Below are positions 26,082 to 36,153 of a DNA stretch of 64,000 nt, piece by piece. Under the pieces are notes generated by a model, which saw only the letters and a list, made by a program, of their open reading frames with translations, was not told the origin of the DNA and searched no databases. The DNA is from an uncultured Gammaproteobacteria bacterium (GTDB taxonomy: Bacteria; Patescibacteriota; Patescibacteriia; UBA9934; CAZDDW01). The stretch spans positions 481,237 through 545,236 of the forward strand of contig OZ246408.1 in NCBI GenBank assembly GCA_965231015.1. The letters run 5' to 3'. Both the position numbers and the translations under genes were made by a program. How positions within the stretch are numbered: position 1 is the stretch's first letter; each line of letters opens with the position of its first letter.

Positions 26082-29072
26082 ATGCCTAAGGGAAGAGAAG
26101 GATACAGACCAGCCGGGGAAGAGATCCGGCCGGAAGTGGATAAGCCAAGTCTGCCTGAAGAAGCAGAACGTGTTTTGCGTGAAAATGACAAGGAAAAAGT
26201 TCTGGAAGTGGCTAAAGATTTAGATCCCAAATATCACAGCGAATTTGCCATCCGTGTTTTAAACGAATTTGATAGCATTTCTTTGTCACATTCTCTCATT
26301 CAAGAACTTCAAGGTTTAAACGCTGAGGTATCTAAGGCCTGCCAAAATTATGAATTGGTGACTCTCGTGGGTCAAAATTTAGATAATTTTCAAGCCATTG
26401 ATCAATACGCGGCTTTTGCTTTAGCTAGATATGGTTCGAAAGAAGTAAAGAAAAAGTTGTTTGAATCAGCCGACCGACTCGGTTTGGATAAAACGAAGCT
26501 CATTGAGGATTTATTATATGTGGGTCGTGGTTTTACGGTTTTGGAAAATAGGGATTTGCTCTCAGAGATCTCACCGGAGAAGCTTGTAGAAATGTTTGTG
26601 GAATCGGCTGAAACCGAAGTGTTGATTGTTAATCTGCCCAATCACCCAGAATTTGATCAAGCCATGGTGATTAAAAAAATCATGAGCTTACCTCACCCGG
26701 AAGTAGTAAAAATAATATTTGATGAGATAGATAATTTTGATCACCTTGATCATAATGAATTGGTCAAAGATATGCTCGAGGCCACAGAGGTTCATGATGG
26801 GGAGCCAGAAGAGGATGACGCAGAAAAAGAATTTATCAAGTATCAAAAGCGGCGAGTGTTTTTTGATAATTTAGGCAAGCTTGAAGGTTTAAGTTCCGAA
26901 ACAGCAGACAGACTACTCAAAACCGAAGATTACCCAATAGAAAAATTATTGAGAGACCTAAAGAGTTTTAAGGGGTTGGACATGGAAAAAATAGAAGAGA
27001 AAGCACGAAAAGAAAATAAAATATACCTGATCGCAGAAAAAATCGATCATTTTCCTCATATTGACAAGCAACAATTTGCTGAAGAACTGAAGAAAACTGA
27101 TATCCATTTATTGTTGGACAACATTAGAAAATTTCCTGAAATTGACCATGCGGCACTAGGAGACGACTTAATCGCTGAAGGGTGGGGTAAATTGTTTATT
27201 CGAACCAGTAGAAGACTGAATGCAATATCCCCTGAAGCCGCAGATTATTTATGGGATAATATGCAGTACTCCAGTTATGCCGATGCCTTACATAAATTAA
27301 CTGGAATTCCGGTGGATCGGGGGTTAGATTTAGTTGAGATTGGTTTTGTTGCTCAAGTGATCAATAATATTCACAGATTTGAATCTAGCGGTCAGTCAAA
27401 AATCATCGACGCGGTTTTAGAGGTTAATCCGGGCGCGGTAGCCGGGTACATGAACAAGATTTCTGAATTGACTCCAGATCAAGGGTATCGACTTGCTGCA
27501 ACCGGTTTTGGGGAAGTGGTTATTGCACACTTAGATAAGGTTCCCGGAATAGATCACGAAAAAATAGCTCGTTATTTAATCAAGAATGCCCAACCTGAGG
27601 TTTTGTTCAAGCACTTTGAAAAAATTCAAATTAAAGACTGGAATAAGTTGTTGGAGTTAGCTGTTAGGACAGGAAACGGATGGGATGTTTTTGCTCAACT
27701 TCATCGTTTTGAGAGCTATGATAAAGATGCCTTATTGGATGTTTTGTTAGCTAAAAATGAACTTTCTTTGGCAGCGGAATATATCCATTATTTTGAGGCC
27801 AAAAGACACCAGGAGGTAGCAATGGTTTTACTGGAAAGAGGTCATGTATCCGAGTTTCAATCAAATATAAACAAGTTTAAAGATCTAATAAATTGGCGGG
27901 AATTAATTGATAAAAATATAAAAACAGTGTTGAATATTGCCTGGCAAGTTCCGGTAGAAATAATCTCTCAACTTGATGAAAAAGACCAACAACGATTTAA
28001 GCTTCGACTTGAAAGAGGAGTCTCGGAAAAAATGTTTTTACTAAAGTATGATGAGCTTTTGCCGTATATTGAATCTGGATTGGTTGATTTAGAGCTCCCC
28101 GGGTATTCTAAAGAACAACTTCAGCGGCATATTGATCAGGTGATGGAAAACTTACAAAAAAAAGGGTTAGAATATTTAGCCGCTCAAGTGGCTGAATGTG
28201 CTGAGGCCTCAGGTCTTGAAGTAAATCATGCAGAGTTAAATAAGTTGCGGCAAGCTGAAAGGGAAGAAGAGGCAAGGAGGGAAAATCGGGAAGCCCGTGA
28301 GGTGGATCTAGGGAACCATGAAGTAGCTGATGAAATGACTCGTTTTTATGTGTATCAGTTGATCTCATCACATTTACCGGCCAAGCGGTTGAATTATGAA
28401 GCGTGGGGTATTAAATTACCTCATCGGGATCGGGTTGCCCTGAATGATATTACCCGCCAAGCCGAGCCCTTTAATGAAGAACTGTATAAATGGATGAAGG
28501 ATTATGGGGTTTTTGCTGTTGTTTCAGAGTTGTCACATCAGGCTGATGTTTTTCCAAGACAGGAATGGCTGGAACTACCTCAGATGGAGGTTCCAGAATG
28601 GGATATAGCAGTCAAGGATAGGGCAAATGTAGATGTTTTTTTAAAGTACGCAACTAAGCAAGAGATTGGTGAGTTTTTGCACCAAGCCTCATTGGTATTT
28701 AGGAAGCGCGGTTGGTACACTAGTTTTGGTGGAGAGCCTTGGGCTAAAATAGCTGAAGTGGTGGCTGAGGCCTGGCAAGAAAAGTATCCGGAAGAGGTTG
28801 TGTGTGATAGGATTTTTGACCTAGAACATAATTCAGGAATGATTTTTGATAAACGGCCGGACAGAATTCGGGCCGAAAATTCTGAACTGCAGAAGATTTT
28901 AGATTTTAAATTTAAAGCCAAGGGCGATGTGGATGAATGGCTGGAAGAAATACCGAAGATGGAAATCAGTGACCAAACAACCCGACATCTAACCAATAGC
29001 CTGAAGACATTTAAACGTCTTCAGCCACAGTTAAATAAAATGCAGGCTAAGTATACTGGTCAATTTAGTTAA
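26082..29072 (+). CDS. large hypothetical protein (996 aa, mostly alpha-helical repeats, acidic)
   Basis: It is a long uninterrupted ORF with no recognisable catalytic motif. Confidence 0.6.
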   Translation: MPKGREGYRPAGEEIRPEVDKPSLPEEAERVLRENDKEKVLEVAKDLDPKYHSEFAIRVLNEFDSISLSHSLIQELQGLNAEVSKACQNYELVTLVGQNLDNFQAIDQYAAFALARYGSKEVKKKLFESADRLGLDKTKLIEDLLYVGRGFTVLENRDLLSEISPEKLVEMFVESAETEVLIVNLPNHPEFDQAMVIKKIMSLPHPEVVKIIFDEIDNFDHLDHNELVKDMLEATEVHDGEPEEDDAEKEFIKYQKRRVFFDNLGKLEGLSSETADRLLKTEDYPIEKLLRDLKSFKGLDMEKIEEKARKENKIYLIAEKIDHFPHIDKQQFAEELKKTDIHLLLDNIRKFPEIDHAALGDDLIAEGWGKLFIRTSRRLNAISPEAADYLWDNMQYSSYADALHKLTGIPVDRGLDLVEIGFVAQVINNIHRFESSGQSKIIDAVLEVNPGAVAGYMNKISELTPDQGYRLAATGFGEVVIAHLDKVPGIDHEKIARYLIKNAQPEVLFKHFEKIQIKDWNKLLELAVRTGNGWDVFAQLHRFESYDKDALLDVLLAKNELSLAAEYIHYFEAKRHQEVAMVLLERGHVSEFQSNINKFKDLINWRELIDKNIKTVLNIAWQVPVEIISQLDEKDQQRFKLRLERGVSEKMFLLKYDELLPYIESGLVDLELPGYSKEQLQRHIDQVMENLQKKGLEYLAAQVAECAEASGLEVNHAELNKLRQAEREEEARRENREAREVDLGNHEVADEMTRFYVYQLISSHLPAKRLNYEAWGIKLPHRDRVALNDITRQAEPFNEELYKWMKDYGVFAVVSELSHQADVFPRQEWLELPQMEVPEWDIAVKDRANVDVFLKYATKQEIGEFLHQASLVFRKRGWYTSFGGEPWAKIAEVVAEAWQEKYPEEVVCDRIFDLEHNSGMIFDKRPDRIRAENSELQKILDFKFKAKGDVDEWLEEIPKMEISDQTTRHLTNSLKTFKRLQPQLNKMQAKYTGQFS

Positions 29073-29074
29073 GT

Positions 29075-29617
29075 ATGAAACGTCTATTTCTAGCTATAAA
29101 ATTGCCGCCAGAGGTTAAAGGGGTTCTTTATGGAATGCAGGATGACATGAAGAAGGTTTTTAAGCATTCTAAAATAACCTGGGTGGATCCGGAGATTGCT
29201 CATATCACGCTTCAGTTTCTTGGTGATGTGCTTGAAGAAGATCTTGAGTCATTGATCTCGGAAATTAGGGCAGGGGAGTACCCTGAACCGTTTGAGCTAG
29301 AAACGCGTAGCACATCTTGTTTTCCAAATCCGAAAAAACCAAAAACACTCTATATCGAGACCTCAAACCATACAGCCGCAACCGGGTTGCACAAAAGATT
29401 GTCAAAAATTTTGGTGGAAAACGGGTTTGAAATCGATGATCGTCCCTGGGTGCCACATATCACACTTGGACGAGTTAAGACTCAATCCGAGACATATCCG
29501 TCAGAAGGTTTCGAGGTTGAGCCGGTTAGTTTTGAAGTTGACTCGTTTGAACTTCTTGAGTCTGATCTGAGCGAAGACGGACCAATTTATACAACTCTTG
29601 AAATTTTTAAACTATAG
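29075..29617 (+). CDS. thpR: RNA 2',3'-cyclic phosphodiesterase (2H phosphoesterase, LigT/ThpR family)
   Basis: It carries two H-x-T/S-x motifs (HITLQFLG and HITLGRV) in a 180-aa protein. Confidence 0.8.
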   Translation: MKRLFLAIKLPPEVKGVLYGMQDDMKKVFKHSKITWVDPEIAHITLQFLGDVLEEDLESLISEIRAGEYPEPFELETRSTSCFPNPKKPKTLYIETSNHTAATGLHKRLSKILVENGFEIDDRPWVPHITLGRVKTQSETYPSEGFEVEPVSFEVDSFELLESDLSEDGPIYTTLEIFKL

Positions 29618-29626
29618 CCAATCGTT

Positions 29627-29664
29627 CGTCGCAAATCGCTTGTCGTTCTGAAACGACGTGCGAC
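29627..29664 (+). promoter_or_regulatory. second copy of palindromic leader element (CGTCGCAAATCGCTTGTCGTTCTGAAACGACGTGCGAC), followed by (GCGATAT)x3 tandem heptamer
   Basis: See 10500..10537. Here it sits about 21 nt upstream of the TagA-like start codon. Confidence 0.5.
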
Positions 29665-29685
29665 GTGCGATATGCGATATGCGAT

Positions 29686-30459
29686 ATGATACAAATCCTA
29701 GGAGTGAAAATTAGCATGCTCGATAAAAAAGCTGTTCGTGAGGCCTTGCGTTCTTATCTTGAGTCAGACCGTCAGTATTACGTAGTCACCCCGAATCCGG
29801 AAATGGTGGTTCGGGCTCGACGCGATAAAGAGTTTCGTGAAATTTTGAACGGGGCGGATTTAGCTATTGCTGATGGAGTCGGGTTGCAACATGCTGCGTC
29901 ACTGAATCGCGACAAGTGGCCACCACGAATAACCGGAAATGATGTCATGCAAATGTTGGCAGAAATTTGTGCGGGATCCGGCAAGAAAATTTTTTTGCTC
30001 GGCGGAGAAAAAAACGATGTAGCAAAAAAGTCAGCTGATTTGTTAAAAGAAAAATATCCCACGCTTGAGATCGGGCATGATCCAGCCGGACCAGTGTATT
30101 TTGAACATGGAGAATGGCACATGAATCCGGCAGTGATTGATCGGCTCAAAGAGTTTGAACCAGATTGTTTGCTCGTAGCCCTTGGGCACGGCAAACAAGA
30201 ACGTTGGATCACGAAATTTATGCCTCATTTACCGAGTGTAAAAGTGGCCGTGGGGATCGGTGGAGCTTTTGACTATCTGGCCGGAGCAGTAGAGCGAGCG
30301 CCTGAAGCTATGCGAAGCGTGGGGCTCGAATGGCTATTTAGGTTGTACAAAGAACCGAAAAGATTTAAGCGGATCATGAACGCGGTGCTTGTCTTTCCAA
30401 TTCTCGTTATTTGGAGTAAAATAAGACCTCAAAATAAAGTTAAAAAGGATAAAGGATAA
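29686..30459 (+). CDS. WecB/TagA/CpsF-family glycosyltransferase (N-acetylmannosaminyltransferase-like)
   Basis: The sequence MIQILGVKISMLDKKAVREAL...YVVTPNPEMVV...LGHGKQERWI matches the family. The tracked ORF starts at a GTG at 29665; the ATG at 29686 is preferred. Confidence 0.8.
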   Translation: MIQILGVKISMLDKKAVREALRSYLESDRQYYVVTPNPEMVVRARRDKEFREILNGADLAIADGVGLQHAASLNRDKWPPRITGNDVMQMLAEICAGSGKKIFLLGGEKNDVAKKSADLLKEKYPTLEIGHDPAGPVYFEHGEWHMNPAVIDRLKEFEPDCLLVALGHGKQERWITKFMPHLPSVKVAVGIGGAFDYLAGAVERAPEAMRSVGLEWLFRLYKEPKRFKRIMNAVLVFPILVIWSKIRPQNKVKKDKG

Positions 30460-30462
30460 AGT

Positions 30463-31935
30463 ATGTCAATTCGAACCAGATTTGCACCGTCACCAACCGG
30501 ATATTTGCACATTGGAGGTCTTAGAACCGCCCTTTATAACTATTTGCACGCTCGCCATGAAAAAGGGGAGTTTATATTACGCATTGAAGACACTGACCGC
30601 GAGCGTTATGTTGAAGGAGCGGTGGAGGGATTGATTGATGCTTTGAATCGCTGTGGGTTGGATTACGATGAAGGCCCGGTATTAAACGGGGACGTTGTTG
30701 AGCAAAAAGGGAAGAAGGGGCCGTATATACAATCGGATCGAGTTGATACTTATCGAGAACACGCAGAGGCCTTACTCGTTAAAGGTCATGCCTACCGTTG
30801 TTTTTGTTCGCCCGAGCGGCTTGAGTCTATGCGCAAGGAGCAACAGTTAGCCAAAATGCCAACTAAGTATGACCGGCATTGCATGAACTTGAGCGAGGAG
30901 GAAGTAGTGAAGAAAATTGAGCTCGGAGAGCCATTTGTGGTGCGGATGAGGGTGCCGGAAGGGGAGACCGTGATGGAAGATGTGATTCGTGGCAAGGTCA
31001 AGTTTCCTAATGCAGAGGTGGATGACCAGGTTCTGTTAAAGTCTGACGGTTTTCCAACTTATCATTTGGCCAATGTGGTTGATGACCACTTAATGGAAAT
31101 CACCCATGTGATTAGGGGAGAGGAGTGGTTGAGCTCAACGCCCAAGCACGTGATTTTATACAACATGCTGGGATGGGATGTTCCAACGTTTGCTCACCTG
31201 CCTTTGATTTTGAACCCGGACAAATCTAAGCTCTCTAAACGTCAGGGTGATGTAGCGGTTGAGGATTATCTGGTCAAGGGTTATTTGCCGGAAGCCTTGC
31301 TAAATTTTGTGGCCACGCTTGGGTACAACCCAAAGGGTGACCAAGAGATTTACTCTATGGACGAGCTGGTAAAATTATTTGATTTATCTAAGGTAAATTC
31401 TTCAGGGGCAGTTTTTAACACGGAAAAACTCAACTGGCTCAATGCGCATTACATCAAAGAAAAAGATATAGATGAGCTGGTTGATTTGGTTCAGTACTTT
31501 CTTATTCGCGCGAATAAGAAAGTGGAAGAGGGTAGGCTCGAGAAAATTGTCACTGTCGAACGCGAGCGCTTAACTCGGCTGGATGAAATCGTTGACCTAG
31601 TTGATATGTATGAAGGTTTGCCTGAATTTGCAGACCCGAATATTTTGGTTTGGAAAAAGTCAGACGCAGCTGACTCCAGAGCTATGCTAGAAGGTTTAAT
31701 TGAGCAGGTTGAGTCCATGAAAGATAGTGATTTTGCTGAGCTTGGCCTGGTCGAAACCGCCATAAAAAGGTATATTGAAGAAAAGGGATATGCCAATGGT
31801 AACGTTTTGTGGCCAATGCGTGTGGCATTGTCTGGGAAATCTGCTTCTCCGAGTCCTTTTGAGTTGTCTTGGGTTTTTGGAAAAAATACGACTTTAGAGC
31901 GTTTAAAGCACGCCCTGGAAACCCTAAAAAAATAA
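30463..31935 (+). CDS. gltX: glutamate--tRNA ligase
   Basis: The motifs RFAPSPTGYLHIGGLRTALYNYL (HIGH) and KLSKRQG (KMSKS) are present. Confidence 0.9.
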   Translation: MSIRTRFAPSPTGYLHIGGLRTALYNYLHARHEKGEFILRIEDTDRERYVEGAVEGLIDALNRCGLDYDEGPVLNGDVVEQKGKKGPYIQSDRVDTYREHAEALLVKGHAYRCFCSPERLESMRKEQQLAKMPTKYDRHCMNLSEEEVVKKIELGEPFVVRMRVPEGETVMEDVIRGKVKFPNAEVDDQVLLKSDGFPTYHLANVVDDHLMEITHVIRGEEWLSSTPKHVILYNMLGWDVPTFAHLPLILNPDKSKLSKRQGDVAVEDYLVKGYLPEALLNFVATLGYNPKGDQEIYSMDELVKLFDLSKVNSSGAVFNTEKLNWLNAHYIKEKDIDELVDLVQYFLIRANKKVEEGRLEKIVTVERERLTRLDEIVDLVDMYEGLPEFADPNILVWKKSDAADSRAMLEGLIEQVESMKDSDFAELGLVETAIKRYIEEKGYANGNVLWPMRVALSGKSASPSPFELSWVFGKNTTLERLKHALETLKK

Positions 31936-31939
31936 ATTC

Positions 31940-33178
31940 ATGTCAAAAAAGCTTGTTATCTTTACACTGTTTGCCACCCTGATTATACCGTTAGGTTCAA
32001 TTCAGTTATTTGCCGCTGAAACGGATGTAACTGAGGACATTGACGAAATTAATGAGGATATTGAAGAAAAACAAACTCGGATTGATGAAATTGATCGGCG
32101 CATGAATCAGTATCAAAGTGAGATTGATGCGGCTCAGGATCAGGAAATTACGCTTTCTAATGAGGTGGCCATGCTGGAAAACCAAATTGCGTTAACCGAG
32201 CTCGACATTGAGTCCACCCAGTTACAAATAGAAGAAGTAGAACTGGAAATCGCTGTTTTAGAGGTTCGGATAGGGGAGTTAGAAGATCAATTAGAACGAC
32301 AACGTGGGGTCTTAGCCTCTATTTTACGACGCATAAACGAATTTGATGATGATTCTATTTTAGAGCTTGTTTTTGGAACGGATAATTTTTCCGAACTTTT
32401 TGACCAAGTGCGTTACCTGGAAGAAGTAAACTCTGATTTGGATGATGCTTTAGAGTTGGCCCAAACCACACGAGATTCGTTTCAGCTGGAGCAGCAAAGT
32501 AGGGAAGAGCGGTTAGAGCGTTTGGTGGTGCTGGGAGAAGAACTGGAAGGGGAGCAGTTGCGTTTGGAGCATGAAATGGCGGCGAAAGAGGTTTTGATTG
32601 CCGAGGCTCAGTATTCAGAGGCTCAGTTTTCAACACTGCTTTACGAGTTGCGTCAAGAACAGCAATATGTCGATCAACAGGTGGCTCAGTTGCAACGTGA
32701 AATTGAATCTTTGCTTTATGAGCACGACGAAATTGGAGACGCTACAGTATTAACTTGGCCGTTAGATCCAAGTTATCGTGGTATTTCAGCATACTTTCAT
32801 GATCCAACCTATCCATTCCGTCATTTGTTTGAGCACTCCGGTATAGACATTCCAGCCCCACAAGGTTCAGTCATTGTATCTCCGGCACCTGGTTATGTGG
32901 CTTGGGTTAAACAGGGTCGTTCATACGGAAATTACGTCATGATCATTCATGCCAATGGTTTAGCCACTCTGTACGCCCACTTGTCTCAGCCGCTTGTGGA
33001 AGCAGATCAGTTTGTGACTCGCGGAGAGACAATTGCGTTATCAGGTGGCATGCCAGGCACAAGTGGTGCCGGGTTGTCTACCGGGCCGCATCTTCACTTT
33101 GAGGTTCGCTTGAACGGTATTCCGGTCAACCCAATGAATTACATGATTGATACTTATATTCCGGACTATCCGGGTTAA
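31940..33178 (+). CDS. M23-family metallopeptidase with N-terminal signal/TM and long coiled-coil (EnvC/NlpD-like)
   Basis: The C-terminal LytM domain carries HxxxD and HxH motifs (YGNYVMIIHANGLATLYAHL, GPHLHFEV). Confidence 0.85.
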   Translation: MSKKLVIFTLFATLIIPLGSIQLFAAETDVTEDIDEINEDIEEKQTRIDEIDRRMNQYQSEIDAAQDQEITLSNEVAMLENQIALTELDIESTQLQIEEVELEIAVLEVRIGELEDQLERQRGVLASILRRINEFDDDSILELVFGTDNFSELFDQVRYLEEVNSDLDDALELAQTTRDSFQLEQQSREERLERLVVLGEELEGEQLRLEHEMAAKEVLIAEAQYSEAQFSTLLYELRQEQQYVDQQVAQLQREIESLLYEHDEIGDATVLTWPLDPSYRGISAYFHDPTYPFRHLFEHSGIDIPAPQGSVIVSPAPGYVAWVKQGRSYGNYVMIIHANGLATLYAHLSQPLVEADQFVTRGETIALSGGMPGTSGAGLSTGPHLHFEVRLNGIPVNPMNYMIDTYIPDYPG

Positions 33179-33183
33179 TACAT

Positions 33184-33384
33184 ATGGATTCAATTTGGAA
33201 ATTAGTTTTATATCTTGGAATCGTTTTCTTCTTCTTACCGCTTTCATTATTTGTCGGTTTATCCGTGATGATGATGAAAGAGTTAATGGACGAGGAAGAC
33301 ACTGTTAAGACAATAATCATGACCGGCTTTTTTGTTATGATGGCCGGTGCGTTAATGTTGTTGCTCTACTACTTGCTACACTAA
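33184..33384 (+). CDS. small two-TM membrane protein (66 aa)
   Basis: It is a hydrophobic ORF directly after the M23 gene and is followed by a terminator. Confidence 0.45.
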   Translation: MDSIWKLVLYLGIVFFFLPLSLFVGLSVMMMKELMDEEDTVKTIIMTGFFVMMAGALMLLLYYLLH

Positions 33385-33413
33385 TATTTTCCGACACATA
33401 ATAAAACGACACA

Positions 33414-33439
33414 CCTCCCCGGGGTAGGGGAGGTTTTTT
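33414..33439 (+). terminator. Rho-independent terminator (CCTCCCCGGGGTAGGGGAGG + T6)
   Basis: A GC stem is followed by TTTTTT. Confidence 0.8.
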
Positions 33440-34044
33440 AATTGTATCGATCCTAAGTCTTAAGTATAAAAAATAAAGTTCCACATCACGAAATTTTTTT
33501 ATCTGATTTAATAGTTTCTCAAGAATCCCAAAGGGGGATAACGGGAAACACCATAATAAATAAGAAATCTAGGGTCGCACAATATATGTTAGACGACGCT
33601 TAATAAAGCGTTTAAGCCTGACGTTTTTCATGTTTATTAAGCGTTTGTCTAACATTCGGAACATTGTTACGGCACAAAAATGCAAAATAAGTTTTGTGAT
33701 CGTAAAATGTTCCTTGGCGCGTTTATATGCTTCAAATCGAAGTTTTATTTGCGGAAATACATTTTTTCACTTTATCTTTAATTCTTTATACTTTTTGTTA
33801 TTTCGAGAGGTATGTAGATACCTCCCAAATTCAAATACGGCAAATTTGAGCGTCACAAATAAACAAGTTTCATAAAAATCAAATTGAAAACCACCAATAC
33901 AAAATTAAGCTCGTATCAGTGATTATTTTGTTTTATGGTTGTTTCTAGGTATCAACAGCAATCAAAATCATTGTTTTCCATACCTCTCCTCTTCCCTGTA
34001 GGTACACCTCCTGATTATGTGTCGTAAAATACATCAATAAGTTT

Positions 34045-34527
34045 TTAATAGAACTTTAACGATTCTATTATTAAAAACATGTTGTCATTATATTCGTATC
34101 CAGAAAAGACAAACCAACCATGATCAGTCTCACGTATCACATGCGTCACTTCATTTGCTGCCGGATCCATTCCCGTTCCTACTAACCGAGTCATTTCAAC
34201 ATCATCAATCTTTGCTCCGTCTTTAGTTTCAACGTTCAGGTGTGACTCGATTAAACCGGTTGGATCGTCATCAGTGAAGACTTGCAGTGTCACAGTCTCG
34301 CTACTGGTTTTGTCATAAAACTTAATTAAACTGGCCGTGGCATCTTCTTCAAAATCCCAACCATTTGGAAATGAGAGTTCAAACGTTGTTTCGGTAAAGT
34401 CATTATTTATATAGAAAAGGCTTGAGTCAGATGGCTCGTATCGCGACACTCGAACTGGCTCGGCAGATGATTTACATCCACCCCCAAGTAAAATAAGGGC
34501 TAAACTAAAAAATATAATTTTTTTCAT
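34045..34527 (-). CDS. lipoprotein, hypothetical (signal peptide + lipobox LLGGGC)
   Basis: It begins MKKIIFFSLALILLGGGCKS. Confidence 0.65.
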   Translation of the reverse strand: MKKIIFFSLALILLGGGCKSSAEPVRVSRYEPSDSSLFYINNDFTETTFELSFPNGWDFEEDATASLIKFYDKTSSETVTLQVFTDDDPTGLIESHLNVETKDGAKIDDVEMTRLVGTGMDPAANEVTHVIRETDHGWFVFSGYEYNDNMFLIIESLKFY

Positions 34528-34618
34528 ATAAATCTATTTTAGCAGAAATCAAAAGACTCCACCAAGGTGGAATCTTTTGATCGGGCTCTTCATAACGAGA
34601 CCCTTAGCTTTTTGAGTA

Positions 34619-34768
34619 TTACTCAGCAGCAGGAGCTTCTGGAGCACCTTCAGCTGGAGCCTCAGGAGTAGCTTCACCTTCAGCAGGTGCAGCATTCTCC
34701 TCAGCTGGAGCGTCAGCCGTAGGCTGTGCGTCATCACCAGCTGGCATATCGTCGAAGAACATAGTCAT
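34619..34768 (-). CDS. small acidic Pro/Ala/Glu-rich protein (about 50 aa), hypothetical
   Basis: The sequence is MTMFFDDMPAGDDAQPTADAPAEENAAPAEGEATPEAPAEGAPEAPAAE. It is GC-rich and low-complexity, and could be spurious. Confidence 0.25.
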   Translation of the reverse strand: MTMFFDDMPAGDDAQPTADAPAEENAAPAEGEATPEAPAEGAPEAPAAE

Positions 34769-34853
34769 AATCGGGTTAATTCTTATGTTCTGGCCTACAA
34801 GAGACCGCCTGAAGTATATCATTGACTTCAAATAAGGTCAAGCTCAGTATCAG

Positions 34854-36152
34854 CTATTTTTTCCTTAAAATACGCTTAGTAAGGTCTTTGCTCACCTGTA
34901 CCCCGGGTTGATTGTATGTGTTTACACCAAGTAATTCCCCCATAAACGCTGTGGCTGTTTCATAAAACTGAAACAGTGCACCTAGTGATTCTGGGCTAAT
35001 TTTAGGTATTTCTATCGTTCCATTCGGCTGTTTTACTTTTGTAAGAGCCTTTTCAGTCCCCTTTTGCTCGGCCTGAATGATTTTACTCATTTTTTGACCT
35101 AAAAAGTATGAAATTTTGCTAATTTTAGCATATTTTTTAGGTATGACAAGGTCGGATCTGTATGATTTGGGGATAATAAAGGTAAAAACCTTGTCTGCTG
35201 GGCCATCTGTGTATAATTGGAGCTGAGAGTGCTGATCCGTAGCTCCGAGAGCCGCCACCGGAGTTGGTCCAATATTGCGTCTTCCTTTGATTTTACCCAG
35301 TGATTCCGCCCAGAGTTGTCGGTACCAGAGAGAAAACTCTCTAAGCGAATCAGCATACGGCATCAGTACATTGATTCTTTGTTGCCGTTTTTCATAAGCT
35401 AAATAATGTAGAGCGGCAAATTTGGCTGCAGAGCAGCGGACTCCTAGTTTTTTGCGTTCTTCTTCAATGGTTCGAGCACCCTTCTGAAGCCCTGATATAT
35501 TGATTCCAGCACAGGCGGCAGGAAAAAGTCCAACCGTAGAAAGAACGGCAAAACGACCACTGACATTCAGTGGGTGTGGAATCAACGTATATCCTTCTTC
35601 TTTGGCTATTTGTTCTAAGACACCACCGTTTATATCAGTTGTGGCCCAAATATGGTCTTTGTGATTTTTTTGTCCAACCTTTTTGATTAGTGCTTCTTGC
35701 AGAATGAAAAAAGCAGACATGGTTTCTATTGTAGAACCTGATTTAGAGACCACGTTAATGGCGGTCTTTTTCAGATCGATTGAGTTCATGAGGACGGATA
35801 AAGTTTCCGGGTCAGTGTTTCCACCGGCAAAATAAAGGTTTACCCCATCCGAATCTATTTTTAGTGCTTGCCAAATAGCCCGGGCTCCTAAATCTGAACC
35901 GCCAATACCTACCACGATTAAATTCTTGAACCGGGTTTGTACTTTTTTTGCCTCTTTATTGACCAGACGAGGTGTTTGTTTGTCGTATGGCAAATCCATG
36001 AACCCCTGTTCCCCACTCTCTTTTAATTTGCTCAGACTTTGGTTGGCCCGTTTTAGTTTTGGTTGGATTTTTTTTAGTTCAGTTGTTGTTGCACCGAATG
36101 ATTTAACCTGGCCAGACATCATGTTAGCGGTCTTGTATTTTAAATATGGCAT
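34854..36152 (-). CDS. pgi: glucose-6-phosphate isomerase
   Basis: It has the sugar-isomerase motifs LIVVGIGGSDLGARA and the PGI fold. The tracked ORF is longer; the start was set to avoid a 38-nt overlap with ftsQ. Confidence 0.8.
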   Translation of the reverse strand: MPYLKYKTANMMSGQVKSFGATTTELKKIQPKLKRANQSLSKLKESGEQGFMDLPYDKQTPRLVNKEAKKVQTRFKNLIVVGIGGSDLGARAIWQALKIDSDGVNLYFAGGNTDPETLSVLMNSIDLKKTAINVVSKSGSTIETMSAFFILQEALIKKVGQKNHKDHIWATTDINGGVLEQIAKEEGYTLIPHPLNVSGRFAVLSTVGLFPAACAGINISGLQKGARTIEEERKKLGVRCSAAKFAALHYLAYEKRQQRINVLMPYADSLREFSLWYRQLWAESLGKIKGRRNIGPTPVAALGATDQHSQLQLYTDGPADKVFTFIIPKSYRSDLVIPKKYAKISKISYFLGQKMSKIIQAEQKGTEKALTKVKQPNGTIEIPKISPESLGALFQFYETATAFMGELLGVNTYNQPGVQVSKDLTKRILRKK

Positions 36153-36153
36153 A

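Noticed and set aside
26082-29072. 996-aa hypothetical protein as a candidate novel system
   Set aside because: I saw no catalytic motifs or partner genes. Large helical unknown proteins are common in reduced genomes, and there is insufficient evidence for a specific claim.
33630-33875. 81-aa ORF in the AT-rich gap
   Set aside because: It has low-complexity AT-rich translation, no RBS and no conservation signal.
34553-34585. Hairpin GACTCCACC..GGTGGAATC between lipoprotein gene and small acidic ORF
   Set aside because: It is probably a simple bidirectional terminator and is not reported as a separate finding.
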